A stretch of DNA of 64,000 bases from Aureliella sp. (GTDB lineage Bacteria > Planctomycetota > Planctomycetia > Pirellulales > Pirellulaceae): assembly GCA_963691875.1 (NCBI GenBank), contig OY829846.1, forward strand, positions 2,752,001 to 2,816,000, written 5' to 3'. The notes under the pieces were generated by a model that saw nothing but the letters and a program-made list of their open reading frames with translations, searched no databases and was not told the origin of the DNA. Made by a program: the position numbers and the translations under genes. This document shows positions 1-12,600 of this stretch, piece by piece (within the stretch, counting starts at the first letter, position 1; every line of letters starts with the position of its first letter).

Positions 1-819
1 TTCGGTCTCGATCTTCCTTCGATTACCGTCTTGTTGATCGCGATGAGTGATTACATCGTTTCCTATTGGTTCTTGTTGCTGCTGATTCCGTTCTGTTACT
101 GGTTATTCAGTAAGTTAATACGGAAGTTCCGGCATGGCCGGATGGGTTTTGATATGTACATTCTCAAGCTGCCGGTCTTCGGTGCCTTGATTGAAAAGAA
201 TATCTTGGCCAGGACAACTCGGACCTTGGGTACGCTGATTTCATCCGGTGTTCCTATTCTCGAGGCTCTGAACATCACCCGTGAGACTTCGGGCAACGCT
301 TTATTTGAGCGGATCTTCACGAAAGTTATCGAAGCGATTCGAGAAGGTGAAGTGATCTGCAAGCCGATGCGAGATCACTCCACTCCCGGCTTCCACCCGA
401 TTGCCATGTTCTTCTGGGCGCTTATGGGTAGCTTCCCGGGCGTCATGATTTTGTCCGTAGCACTAACTGCTGGACGCGGCAGCGATCAAGAAAACTCCAT
501 GGAATCACTTTTGATGATTGGAGCTATCACTTGTGGAGCGGGAGCCGCGTTGGCTTGCTTGTTCTACTTGGTCAAGATGCGAAGCCGAGTGATTGATGAG
601 TTGGTGGTCAACATGGTGGACGTCGGGGAAGAAACCGGTGAGCTGGATACCATGCTTTACAAAGTCGCCGACACCTACGATGACGAAGTGAATGTGATGA
701 CGGAAGGTTTGACGCGATTGATTGAACCGCTGCTGATTGTATTCCTTGGGGTTTCAGTCGGTTTTATCGTCATCGCCTTGTTTATGCCGCTTGTAACCAT
801 GATTTCGTCCTTGGCTTAA
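1..819 (+). CDS. pilC: Type II secretion/type IV pilus platform protein (GspF/PilC family), 5'-truncated by window edge
   Basis: Motifs RTLGTLISSGVPILEAL, VNMVDVGEETGELDTML and LIEPLLIVFLG...ALFMPL; frame is open from base 1. Confidence 0.92.
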   Translation, partial: FGLDLPSITVLLIAMSDYIVSYWFLLLLIPFCYWLFSKLIRKFRHGRMGFDMYILKLPVFGALIEKNILARTTRTLGTLISSGVPILEALNITRETSGNALFERIFTKVIEAIREGEVICKPMRDHSTPGFHPIAMFFWALMGSFPGVMILSVALTAGRGSDQENSMESLLMIGAITCGAGAALACLFYLVKMRSRVIDELVVNMVDVGEETGELDTMLYKVADTYDDEVNVMTEGLTRLIEPLLIVFLGVSVGFIVIALFMPLVTMISSLA

Positions 820-958
820 GCCGAGAAGTTCGTCGCGTCTTAGCCATGCTGAGACGCGTTAGCTGTACCGCAACAAACACAAATACATTTTTACGCTTGC
901 CAATCGATCCGCGGGGAGTGAGTCGTGAGGCGACTAAATGAGTCGGAGGTATAGGACC

Positions 959-2086
959 ATGCACTGCCGAACCAACAGACATTTTGCTCGCCGAGGTTTC
1001 ACCCTAGTCGAGCTGTTAACCGTGATCGCCATTATTGGCATTCTGGTTGGTTTGCTTATCCCCGCGGTTGGCGCAATCCGGCGTTCCGTTCGCTTGAGCG
1101 CTTTTGCGATGGAAGTAAAAGCGATTGATAATGCCGTAGAGCAATTCAAAAACAAGTATGGGGACTATCCTGCGGATGGGTCTGATAAAGCGACGTTCAC
1201 TCGGGTCCTGCGCAAGGCATTTCCTAATATGGCGCCAACGGAAATAACTTTGCTTGCTGAATTCAGTAATTGGAGTAACCGTTCCGCAGTTGGGATTATG
1301 GATCCAGCGGAAGCACTGGTGTTCTTTCTAGGAGGGTTCAGCGATGATCCCGCATACCCAATTTCTGGTCCTGGAGGTCCGATCTTTGTTTCCAATTCTG
1401 GTCTGCAGGTCAACTCAAGTGCCTGGAGTGCCAATTCTCTGGTGCAATACAACTCGACGCGCAACAATCCGTTGTACGATTTTGGTCAGGGCAACCTCGC
1501 CATTGAGGTCGTCGGCGGGTTGACGGTTTCAAATGACGAAGCGCAGATTGTCGGCGGAACAAACGATTTGATGCCTACCTACTCCTTATCGGGGACTACT
1601 GCACCGGTCGTTTATTTTGATAGCCGTACCTACGCGTTCTCCGCGCCATCCCAACTCAATCCAAGGCGGACAGTTCGGTACTACAATTCTTACGCGCCGG
1701 CAGCTGCGAGCGGGCTTGGAGGAGTGGCGCGGCCCTACAAGTCAGAGGAAATTGCGACAACGATCTTACACCCAGGAAGCCCTCCTGGTCCGCAAGAACA
1801 TGAGTTATGGCAGCGCGCTGACATGCACTTTAAATACGCTAACGCTCAGTCTTTCCAGTTAATCTGTGCCGGTCTGGATGAAGACTACGGAGGAATACCG
1901 CGGTTTGGTAACGGCGCACCGCCGGTGTTCTACCGCTACGCGAGCGGCTCGCAATTAGACATAGGAGACCCAACTGGTGGTTCAGGTTTCAGCCGGTATA
2001 CCGAAAGGTCCGGAGAGCCAAGTGCTCAGTTGGACAACGTGGTGAACTTCGCGGACAGCACACTGGAAAACGCGATTGACCAATAG
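959..2086 (+). CDS. Prepilin-type N-terminal cleavage/methylation protein (GspG-like, large)
   Basis: [27 protein letters not shown] with Glu5; later YGDYP motif; ATG 959 follows GGAGG/AGGA (track start 938). Confidence 0.88.
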   Translation: MHCRTNRHFARRGFTLVELLTVIAIIGILVGLLIPAVGAIRRSVRLSAFAMEVKAIDNAVEQFKNKYGDYPADGSDKATFTRVLRKAFPNMAPTEITLLAEFSNWSNRSAVGIMDPAEALVFFLGGFSDDPAYPISGPGGPIFVSNSGLQVNSSAWSANSLVQYNSTRNNPLYDFGQGNLAIEVVGGLTVSNDEAQIVGGTNDLMPTYSLSGTTAPVVYFDSRTYAFSAPSQLNPRRTVRYYNSYAPAAASGLGGVARPYKSEEIATTILHPGSPPGPQEHELWQRADMHFKYANAQSFQLICAGLDEDYGGIPRFGNGAPPVFYRYASGSQLDIGDPTGGSGFSRYTERSGEPSAQLDNVVNFADSTLENAIDQ

Positions 2087-2169
2087 TCGAAAGGAATTGT
2101 AGCCCTGAAGTTGCATAGAAGTCGAATGCGTGTGCGAAACCGATTTCTATACGGTGTAGGTGCTTCAAT

Positions 2170-3699
2170 TTGAGAGTAATGCTTCGGATTGAGACGAAGG
2201 CGGTGAGGCCATCAGGCGAGGTGAGTTTTCAAGTTGCCCTGCCTGGCACGAGCTTCTACAGCTGCATGAGTAAAATAACAGTGATGAAGAAAGAAATGAA
2301 AACAGCACAGAATCGAAAGCAAGGTTTCACCTTGATCGAATTGCTCGTCGCCGTTTCCATTCTTGGAACCATGGCAAGCTTAATTCTCTTTGCCCTCGCT
2401 GGAGCGCAAACCGATGCACGAGTCGCGCGTACTCGTGGCACGATTAGCAAGCTGAATGAGATCATCCTGCAGCGATGGGAAGAATATCGCTACCGAGCAG
2501 TGAATGTAACGTTGCCTCCATCCTTGCAAACAAATGTGGTCAATGGTGCAGCAACGTCCGCTGCCCTGGCCAAGCCGGTATCGCCGCGAGAGTTGGCTCG
2601 TGTTCGCATGGTTATGTTGCGTGACATGATGCGAATGGAGCTGCCTGACCGAGCTTCTGATGTTCTCTTCGGCCCAACGGAATACACCGTGGCGTTTCGG
2701 AATCCGGCGGCGAATAGCGGGACTGCGGCAGTCAATTTGCCACGTCCAATCCCTGCTGGCTGGGGAGTGATCTACAACGCACTCCGCAGCCGAATCGAGG
2801 GGCTCAAGAATGATCCTCGATACGCGGCGAACTGGGCATCGGCGAATATGGTGAACATCAATGATCCAGCTCAAGGATTTTCTGTTTCGGCTTTGGCTCC
2901 TTCGACCGGGCCGGCCTTCCTCGGGAATCCGCCTTCGCGTGTGGAAAGCACCTTGCCGGCTTGGACCGAAGCGATTCAAAGCAGTGAACTGCTCTATTTG
3001 ATCGTGTCGACCAGTAATTACAGCGGTTCGTCCGCTTTGGAACAGTTTCGCCCAACCGAGATAGGTGATACGGACGACGATGGCTTGCTTGAGTTTATCG
3101 ACGCCTGGGGACAGCCCATTGTTTGGCTGCGCTGGCCAGCAGGATACTCAGGTGACCTTGTGCGTTATGCAGGTGCCGATGCGATGGACCCACTGAAGAC
3201 GGACTGGCGGTACAGGGCACAAGCCGGTGGAGCTCCCGTTGATGAAGACTGGCATCCTAGAACTCTTGTTCCGTTAATTATGTCACGTGGCCAGGATGGA
3301 CAGCTCGGCGTCATCACCGATTTCTTTGATCTCGATGGCGGTATACCTCCGATCGCCTACGCCACGATGACTTGGCCGACCGCCAGCTCTGGCAAGCCTT
3401 ATGGTACTGGGATTTATGGTGTCGCTGGCGTTCATTACGGTGCAACGGGGCCGTACTATTACCCTGATCCGAACTTCACGTACGACTATTCCTCCGGTTT
3501 ACCCAATCAAACTGATAGTGAAAAACCCTGGAACATAGATGGTGCTCGGGGTGCGATGCATGGTTTCCGTCGCAATCAAATTGGAGCGATTCCGAAGTAC
3601 ATCGACATCGACTTCAATGACCTTGATACGCCGGGAACGATTGTCAACGACGTTTGGCAGGACAATATCACTAGTCATGACATCATCTTGGAGCCTTAG
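2170..3699 (+). CDS. Prepilin-type protein (large pseudopilin/minor pilin)
   Basis: KQG|FTLIELLVAVSIL; DTDDDGLLEFIDAWG and S-x-G-x-DG (SRGQDG) pseudopilin-like motifs; true start probably ~2266-2296. Confidence 0.85.
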   Translation: MRVMLRIETKAVRPSGEVSFQVALPGTSFYSCMSKITVMKKEMKTAQNRKQGFTLIELLVAVSILGTMASLILFALAGAQTDARVARTRGTISKLNEIILQRWEEYRYRAVNVTLPPSLQTNVVNGAATSAALAKPVSPRELARVRMVMLRDMMRMELPDRASDVLFGPTEYTVAFRNPAANSGTAAVNLPRPIPAGWGVIYNALRSRIEGLKNDPRYAANWASANMVNINDPAQGFSVSALAPSTGPAFLGNPPSRVESTLPAWTEAIQSSELLYLIVSTSNYSGSSALEQFRPTEIGDTDDDGLLEFIDAWGQPIVWLRWPAGYSGDLVRYAGADAMDPLKTDWRYRAQAGGAPVDEDWHPRTLVPLIMSRGQDGQLGVITDFFDLDGGIPPIAYATMTWPTASSGKPYGTGIYGVAGVHYGATGPYYYPDPNFTYDYSSGLPNQTDSEKPWNIDGARGAMHGFRRNQIGAIPKYIDIDFNDLDTPGTIVNDVWQDNITSHDIILEP

Positions 3700-3702
3700 G
3701 CC

Positions 3703-5091
3703 GTGAAGCAACTGCGATCCAGAAAGGGTGTCACACTCATCGAATTGCTCGTCGTGATGGGCGTCATCACCCTGCTAGCCACCTTAGCTTTGAATTCCGT
3801 CAAAGGCTTGTTGAGTGACCGTAAAGTCAAGCAAGCTGGGCGGCTAGTCGAGCAGTACTTGGAATCAGCCAAAGTTCGAGCCATCACCACAGGGCGACCC
3901 GTTGCGGTCTTCCTGGATCGTGCGCAGATCCAGCCGGACGCGGCTGGTAACGCAGTCCCGCAGAATTACACATCAACGCGTCTGAGTATGGGGGAGGTAT
4001 TTCCTCCCTATCGTGGAGACGTCGTCAATGCAAAGGGCTCCTTGTGGGACTTCCCTTTTGATACGCTCGCTCCCGAGCGAGTGGGAGATGGGCATGCTGA
4101 TCAGATTCGCTTTTTCCCGGCCGATGTATTTAGTGGATTTGGGATTCCAGGCGGAGAGCCCGGGTTCGTAAGTGTTGGTGACTTGATTGAATTCGAAGGG
4201 GTGAACCGGCGATTTCTCATTGAGAATGTGACGACGGTAAACAACAGCGACGGTGGTGTTCAATTTGCGGTAACATTTTTCAATCCACCCGCTCCGAATG
4301 TTTACAACTCAGCTCTTGCCATGAATGGCGTTAAGCCAGGTGACCGACCGAATTACATTCCGGATTACTCACGTGAAATGCCGGCATTGCCGCTGCCAAA
4401 TGCGTCCAACAGTTTAGGGGCACCCTTTGCGGATACGCCGAGCGCCTCCCTGGTGCCTCGAACTGAAGTTGGCTTTCGCATTTATCGTCGTCCAACAAAG
4501 TCGATGGTCGGAGCAGTGACATTGCCGCGTGGAACCTGCATTGATCTGTTTGCATCAGGTTTAGGACTGCGAGATTCAGCCAGCAGTGGTAGTGCCATGA
4601 ATGCGTTGACTTATACCCCGCCTTCAGCAAGAAACGCAGCGTTTGGCAATGCAGACGCTTTCACACCTTCCAGTTTCAATCGAGTTGGGATCGCATTCGA
4701 TCCGGCAGGCAAGCCGACGTTAATGTTTGCTGACGAAAACCTCGACAGTGGAGCTGCTACCTTTAACGGCGTAGCCCAGTTTGAAATCACTTCTAAACTG
4801 CAACTGCTTGTCGGTCGAACGGATCAAGTCAATGCAGTTCTATCGCGCCCGACTGAGGCTGATCGAGATGCTGCGTTTTCGAACGTGCTTGATCCTGGAA
4901 ACACCTGGGTAACGCTGAATCCGCAGACCGGGCTAATCACAAGTTCGCCTGTTGCGGCTGTCAATCAGGCGATGGTGGATGCTTGGACTGCGGCAAGAAC
5001 AGATGCTCAGCGCAATCAGATTTATCGCAATGCGGTAGCGCAAGCCAGGTCGATGTCTTCCAGAGGAGTGAGAGATGCCTCAAACAACTAA
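3703..5091 (+). CDS. FimT/GspH-like minor pilin
   Basis: RKG|VTLIELLVVMGVI then LESAKVRAITTGRPVAV, the FimT/GspH-type helix. Confidence 0.8.
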   Translation: MKQLRSRKGVTLIELLVVMGVITLLATLALNSVKGLLSDRKVKQAGRLVEQYLESAKVRAITTGRPVAVFLDRAQIQPDAAGNAVPQNYTSTRLSMGEVFPPYRGDVVNAKGSLWDFPFDTLAPERVGDGHADQIRFFPADVFSGFGIPGGEPGFVSVGDLIEFEGVNRRFLIENVTTVNNSDGGVQFAVTFFNPPAPNVYNSALAMNGVKPGDRPNYIPDYSREMPALPLPNASNSLGAPFADTPSASLVPRTEVGFRIYRRPTKSMVGAVTLPRGTCIDLFASGLGLRDSASSGSAMNALTYTPPSARNAAFGNADAFTPSSFNRVGIAFDPAGKPTLMFADENLDSGAATFNGVAQFEITSKLQLLVGRTDQVNAVLSRPTEADRDAAFSNVLDPGNTWVTLNPQTGLITSSPVAAVNQAMVDAWTAARTDAQRNQIYRNAVAQARSMSSRGVRDASNN

Positions 5092-6517
5092 GCCTCTCCC
5101 TAATTGCCAGAATTCTGAACGGCAAAGTGAATCGATGCGACCTGTAGCGGCAATTCGCTCACGTCGAGCAGCGACGATTCTTGAAGTCTTGTTTGCAATT
5201 TTTGTGGTGATTGTTGGCCTGATGGGGATTGCATCTCTGCTTCCTCTAGCGGGCCGAAACGCTCAGCAGAGTAATGATGCAACGAACGCGCTAACGCTGG
5301 GGCGAATTTGGGAGAATGAATTTATTGCTCGTGGCATGAACAATCCCAGTGAGAATACAGACAACGCAGTTGGCTTCAATTGGTTGTACCAAGTGGATGG
5401 TAACGCCGCGCAGACGGGTCTCGCCTTGTTCAACAAGAACCCTGCGAGTACTACGCCCAATCTGAGTGAGCCAGGACATAGTGCATTAATAAGAAATCGA
5501 ACCTGGCAGCAGATGTCGGTATGCATCGACCCGCTTTTCATGGCGGAGCCGGATGTTGTTTCTGGATTTGCATCGGGAACTGCTAGAGCTGGTGCCTTTC
5601 GGGCGGCCGTTTTCCCCTATTACGAACATGGTTACAACCCGACGGAAGATGCGGCAAAGGAGCGTGGACGCGCACCATGGCCGGATCAGCCTCGAATGCT
5701 ACGTGTCACGTTAGGCGGTGGCGGTGGTCAAATCCCACAACTTTTGGCACGAGAGCTGTTTCAGTCCACCGACGGTCTGGCAATGCTCACTGACGATACA
5801 GATAAGACTATCCCAGCCTCTCGCTCTTTCTCCTTTACCTCGGGCTTGGACGGAACAATCGGCCCGAATAAACAGAGTCGAGTGGGTGACTACAGCTGGT
5901 TTGCAACGCTTTCACCCGAGTTTTCGGCTACGCCTACGATCGCGACAGACGACTATGTTCTTTCTCTAATCATTTTGGGAAAACGCGATCTGGGGTTCGC
6001 ATCGGAAGAATCTCCCCTGCGGGTTGGATCTGAGTCCAGCAGGCCTCAGGGCGAGCGAGTTGTGTGGGTGCACCCGCTGTCTGGGAACTTTGTGGGTGGC
6101 AATTCCGGACGAGTAAGGCTGATCGGAAATTCAGCCATGAATGACCAAGTGCAGATTGGTAATTGGATCATGCTGAGCAAGCATGTTGCTTTCGCAGATG
6201 CGACAACCGGCTACTCGGTCTTCCGCTGGTTTCGAGTGATTCAGGCTGACGCCGAACCGCGACGCGGGCTGTTGGCAAATTTATTACCAGCGGGCACCGA
6301 CCCTTTTGGAAACAGCGGTGATGAAGAGGTTTGGTCTCGCGATGTTGTTCTGGAAGGCCCTGACTGGGCATTCTTCTATGACAATCCGGCTGATCCAACG
6401 CGTGCGCCAAGTCAGGTTGCGCCGGTCGCCACGGGAGGTCTGCTCCCCGCGCCGACAACAGGAACATTGATGTCGCATATCATCACGGTCATTGAACGCA
6501 ATGTTCATGTTGACTGA
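5075..6517 (+). CDS. PilV/GspI-like minor pilin
   Basis: RRA|ATILEVLFAIFVVIVGLMGIASLLP; overlaps upstream stop; GAGGAG before ATG 5075. Confidence 0.78.
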   Translation: MPQTTKPLPNCQNSERQSESMRPVAAIRSRRAATILEVLFAIFVVIVGLMGIASLLPLAGRNAQQSNDATNALTLGRIWENEFIARGMNNPSENTDNAVGFNWLYQVDGNAAQTGLALFNKNPASTTPNLSEPGHSALIRNRTWQQMSVCIDPLFMAEPDVVSGFASGTARAGAFRAAVFPYYEHGYNPTEDAAKERGRAPWPDQPRMLRVTLGGGGGQIPQLLARELFQSTDGLAMLTDDTDKTIPASRSFSFTSGLDGTIGPNKQSRVGDYSWFATLSPEFSATPTIATDDYVLSLIILGKRDLGFASEESPLRVGSESSRPQGERVVWVHPLSGNFVGGNSGRVRLIGNSAMNDQVQIGNWIMLSKHVAFADATTGYSVFRWFRVIQADAEPRRGLLANLLPAGTDPFGNSGDEEVWSRDVVLEGPDWAFFYDNPADPTRAPSQVAPVATGGLLPAPTTGTLMSHIITVIERNVHVD

Positions 6518-6625
6518 CCACCCAGAAAAACACTCCATTGCACCTGGACTCGTCTCGAGTAACATTTCGTTAGCCAGTTGCCGACTAAATTTGGACGCCT
6601 TCTTTAGAAGTCGCAGGAAAATCGG

Positions 6626-9600
6626 ATGAGTAGATTGATCCATCGCAAAGTGGCAGGGGAGTCTCGACGCAATCGATCTGGTTTAATTCTCCTGGTCGTG
6701 TTGGGCATGCTGGCTTTGTTCAGCATGTTGGCCGTGACCTACGTCGTGTTTGCTTCACAATCGCGCTCTACCAGCATGGCGCTTGCGCGTCGCGAGACAC
6801 GTGGCCACAAGTCTCACCGCGCTATTATGGACTCAGCCATGATGGCCCTTGTTCGCGGCACTGGCCCACAATCTAGTATGTTTGGGCACAGCTTACTGGG
6901 CGATCTCTACGGTGCATCCGAATCTCAGGGCACGACACTTTCAGTGCGTACCTTCACCATCAATGACGATCTAAGCATCACGCCTTCGATGCCGAACACG
7001 AGCCGTGATCGTCCCTTGCTTTTGAATGGGCACTTCTTGCGCATACCTCTACACGATCCAGCCGTAAGATCGGGTAGCTACTTGTCACCAAATTTCCTGC
7101 CGGCAGATAGCGATGCATTAAATGGTCGAATTGTCACGTTCCCGGAAGGCAATGGACCTTTGAGCGGACAATCGTTCCGGATCATCCGTTACATCGGACA
7201 GACGGTGACGGCAGCTGCAAGCACAGATGCGGAAAGGCATTTACTCGCGCAGAGTTATTCAATCACCATCGATTTGAATGAAGCGAATCTGCAGCAGTCC
7301 TTTTCCGCAGGCGGCGTGCATGGGAGTATTGCAGATTGGGTGAGCCGTTTTCCACCCGGTACGGGTGTTTGGGCTTCAGGTGCTTATGCCTGCTACGGTT
7401 CGGTTGGTAATGTTCATTCCAATCCATTCTCCCTGCTGCTGAATGGTCAGCCGTTGAATGCGCACGGGGTAGGGATCCTAGCAGACGGCAGTTCGCAATT
7501 GCACTTTCAACCGGTGGCCGGTGGCCGGCCAGTTGATCCCGCTCCGTCCGGAGGCCAACCGCCGCGTTATAACTCGATTAGTGAAATGGCGACAAGCTTG
7601 CTTCCGAACTATCGAGAGATGGGAGGTGCAGGCGCGGCTGGTTCCACGGGTTGGCTGACGACGGCGAGTGCCGCCGATCAGAATCCGAATGCACAGTACC
7701 CTATTTTCGAGCAATACCCTCGCATCGTTCCCTCACCAATCGGATTGCTCGGCGACTCGGACGAGCCTTATGATGCACCGGATTACCAAAACATGTGGAT
7801 GGCGCACCGGCGAGCAGGCGCGGCTACATCGCGGCAGATCATCCCGTCCTTCCACCGGCCATCTTTGATTAACTATATTGTAAATTGGAAGAAGAATCCG
7901 GTTACCGGGCAGCCCATGAGTCCTGCGACATGGACCGAGGAGGAGTTCTTAGCGACGATACGCCGGATTGAAATGGCAACGCTTCGTCCGCTTTCTTATA
8001 TCATCACGACGCCCAGTCGCGGGACGGTCACCAGGAATGCGTTGTTTACTGGAGGGAATTCGGGCAACGCAGGTGGGACCACTGGCAGCGATTTTACCTC
8101 ACCAACATTGAATGTCGAAATCACGAGTAACTGGGTAAATAATTGGGGGCCCCTATGGGGTACCGCCGCCAGTCCTGGCGTCTTCCGCCAATGGGTGAAT
8201 CAACTAGTTATCGGGCCTTGGGATGTTGATACGGACCTCGACGGTGTTGCGGATTCCAATTGGATCGATCCTGGCCTGCCGTTGGAAACAACAGCCGATG
8301 GAAAACTCGTCAAACCCATGGTGGCCTATTACGTTGACGATTTGGATTCCAAGTTAGACATCAACGCCGTTGGCTCTTTGGCGCAGATCAAGTCGCGGGT
8401 TGTTGGACCGTACGTAAACCATGCAGGAGAGCAATTCGCGGAGGCGATTGATGGGACGTTTTATAATTGGGACCACCTCAACAATACTTCCAGCTATCTT
8501 CGTCAAGGACTTGGCTACGGTCCTGCTGACATCTCTCTGCGGCACCTGTTCAATGATCCAAGCACAACAGATGACATAGATGAACTGAGGTTCGCATCCT
8601 TTATGCGAGAGCGTTACGGCGCGGGTGAGTTTTCCACAGAGTTCGTACCTGGATATATCGGAAACGATGCCTTTTCTGAGATCGCGAACATGCGTGAGCG
8701 ACGAATCAGTTTTTCGCATGGTCGATCACCGGGTTTGCCCATGGCAACTACTGGGCGTGATTCAATCGGCCTTGACTTCTTTGGAAATCCGCGTGTGTGG
8801 AACAGTCGTCTTACTGGCAGCAATCAAAGCGCCGTGAATGAGTCTACCAACGACCCCTATGAAGCCACTTGGATGCGGGGTGGCAATCAGGATTCACCCT
8901 ACACTATCGCAGAGTGGGAGCGAATCTACCGAGTTCGAGACGCAGATCGCACTATGATGCCAGACCGACTGCAGCAGGCACTGGGGCTCAATGCCGCCTC
9001 TCTCGCATCGAGCAACTTACGTCACGAGATAAGCCCCTACACGCGTCATCTACGTGGGCCGCAGCTTACCTCACGAACAACCAGACGTTTAGACATTCCA
9101 GAGGATAATTCTACGCCTTTACTGCCGTCTTTTTTCGATACAGCGGGTACCTCACCGACCAGTCTGGGGCAAGGCCCAACTTCAATGCTTCAGCTGGTTA
9201 ACACTGTTCGCCATCTGCGACGAGAGGCAGCATTCACACAGAGCCAGTTATTGGAGTTGTTTCCGCTCGAGTTCTCGCGAGGCATGCTGATGGATCTTAA
9301 CCGTCCATTCGGTAACGGCTACGACGATGACAAAGATGGGCAAATCGATGAACCGGACGAGCTGAATCAGCTAACGAACTCAGAGGGTGCGATTTACGCG
9401 ACGCTCCCGGGTGCTAATGTGACGCCTGGTTCTATCCTCGAGAATTACTTCGAAGGTTATTTTTCTCGCCCCGACACCAATATCACTCGAAACCAACGCC
9501 TGGAATTGATCAATGCAGATCCGCATCTTGATTACACATCAGCAACGTTGAATGTCTTCCAAGGGATGGAATCGAGGCAGATGTACGCTCGTCAGCTTTA

Positions 9601-12600
9601 CTGTCTAGCGCAGTTGCTGGTTCCAGAAGACTATGTCTTTCCAAATATCAATAAAGCCTACTTCCAAAACTTATTGCTCGAGCGGGCCAATGGCGTCGCA
9701 GATGCTGCCAACAAGTACACTCAGTTGCGAGGGCGGACACTTGCTCAGTGGGCTGTGAACACAGTAGATTTTCGCGACGGTGATGCGGCGATGACACGGT
9801 TCGTCTACGACCCTGATCCGTTTCGTGACGCGTCGGGCAACGACTTTGCTGCTTGGGAAGTAGTCCCTGCTACCACAACTGTAGTTTGGGGGATGGAAGC
9901 ACCGGAAGCCTTGCTGACCGAATCATTGGCCTTCCATGATGTCCGCGTTCGCCGAGACCCTTACGCAGCCGGTCCGGATCCTGTTTTCCATCAGTTTCGT
10001 GTTCCTCAAGGTTCCCTGTTTCTTGAGATCTTTTGTCCGCGAACCACTGCTCTGGAAACGGCAACTACCCCTCCAATCCCAGGCGAGAGTGATCGTAATG
10101 CCCAGGGCGTTCCGAATGGGCTCTACAGCACCGATAACGATAACAATTCCGGGAACGGTTTCCAGGGTGATGTTCGGCTCGAACTATCTCGCCTAACCTT
10201 GTCAAAGTATGGTTCTCAGTTTCCTGTGTGGCGGGTCTATCTATCAGGCCCAGCTGATCCAGACGCAGCCCAGGCACTTAAGACTCCTAACGAGCGGCTC
10301 ATGGCTCCGGGAACTCCAGTATTTGATGAGCCCCAACGCCATGATCTCAATTTGCAATTTCAGAGCGGCAACACGTTGTTCGACATGTCTGGATCTCCAA
10401 TTCCAGATTCTGTGACAGCTGCCGCTGCTTCTGGCTTGCAGTTTGATTATCTGCCAACCGGTGATACAGAACGCCTAGACGAACCGGACCCAAGCGATTC
10501 GCGAATTGTTCTTTTCACCCCACGATCGGCATTCACAGCCACCAGGGCAAACACGCCAGGTGTCGCGAATCCTGCAGCGCAAGTATTTCAGCATCAAGCG
10601 GGTAATGTTCGGATACGTGGTGGCGAATTTCTGGTCGTTGGTCCTCGCCAGGGAACATACTTTGGATCTCGGGAAGATTCAAAAACCGGCGCTACAATGG
10701 GTGACTTCCGCAACTCGCCAAACGGCCACAGCATCATTTTTGACAACTCTGGGACGGACCGGATTGCGGGTGGTGCTGGCCCCTGGGTTAGCCTCCATGA
10801 TCCAAGCTTTACAGCGATTACGCAGCGGGCAGAACACCAAAAGTGTAACTGGCTTATTGTAAATCAAGAATTGGATGCGCTTTGGACGGCAGAGGCAGGT
10901 GAGCCCAATCCACCGATGCTCTTCAATGGTTTAAATATTTCCGAGCCATTGGCCGACCTAGACAGCTTCAACAATGGCGCCCTTGACAGCTACTACGCTG
11001 AGCCGACAGACATTGTCAACGAGGACGATGATACTGGTGGCGGCCCTACCGGAGAACCAGGATTCGATTCCATCCCTCAAGATGGTTATCACGATTGGAG
11101 TATGAGTGCTTCTCCGGCCTCAGTTACAGCTCCATTCGATGCAGGCCAAAGCGGTACGCCACTTGAATTCTGGAATCCTGTTAACAATCCATGGACGCAG
11201 GCCGGCGGTGCTCCACGAGTGGACTTGGATTCAGATGGAACTGGCGACGTAGTCAGCCCAGGAACGCAGTTTGACTTTAGCACTGCCTATCTGCAGCGAT
11301 TAGCCGACCCAGAAAAGCCATTCCACGCGACCTTCAACCCCTATATCACTGTGGATTGGCTGCCAATCGACCTGACCGTCTTTAATGGTGAAGACAATGA
11401 GGCACCTCACTTTGACCCAAGTGATCCTGGGTACCCAGAACACTATTTCGCATCACGGCAGAAGATGGGGCAAGGGTTAGACTCTAGCACTCACGAGTAT
11501 CCAGCTCAGGATTCGAACGCTGGGGAAAATTCGACAGGTGGAACTACGTTTTACTCTGCTCTAACCGATCAACTGGCAGATGAATCCGCGCCGGACGCGA
11601 CGCTCGACGCTTTCTGGAACTTTGTGATGCCAGTTCGCCCAACTCTAGTGACACCACCCAATCCTCGAGATTTGGCGACATTTAATGGAACGAACTCCTT
11701 CCCGACACTAGGCTATTTAAACTCTAGTTATCTAGTGTCCGGCGAAGCTGGCACGCGTGATGTAGCCAATGTGCGATTTCGAGGTGCCCCTGCTAATCCA
11801 GACGCTCCTCGAGAGATCTGGCGTCCCTACTCGGTCTATTGGCCGAACAGACAATTCGTCAACAATCTTGAGTTGATGATGGTTCCGCTTTCTAGTCCGG
11901 GACAATTCATGCAAGAGTTCTCTTCGACACTCAATACAAATGGTGGTTCGCATTACGCGGCTGACTTCCGCAACAACGTTGGAACATATTCATTTCCGGA
12001 TGATCGCCGGACACCTGTTTCACCAGTGTCAGAATTACCACCGGTGAATACGGGTGGCACTCCGCTGGGGAACTCAGGGACGGTAGGCACACGCGCCGCA
12101 TCAGCAATAAACGATAACGGCTTGGTCGTTGGTGGTACGCTGGTCCCATCCGAACCAGCCCGGTACACAGCGTACGCGCATCTGATGAACTTCTTCCAAG
12201 AGGTTCCATCCATCAAGCAGCCGGATCGGCATCCGATGTATACGTTTACGCCATCGCCACCATCTATCGCACCGGTGGCTCCAATGCCGGAAGGCGCAAA
12301 CCCGAAAAACACTTCGTTACTCAATCTACTGGAGATGGTTGATACCAAATCGCCATGGACTGACTCAGAACGTATCGAACCACCTGCAAATCTGGCGATC
12401 CAAGCATGGACAGGAGTCACGGTTGCGGATCAAGTAGCTGCATCCAGCAACATTATTTTCTCCCCCTTCCGAGCTCCTTACAACAGGTTCCCGACCTTCA
12501 CCGAAACGGGCAAACTCAATCTTAACAGTATTGCTGAAATCGGCGTCATCCAAGGTATTGGTCAGGCAGTGATTCCACCATCGGACATTGACTACCCACC

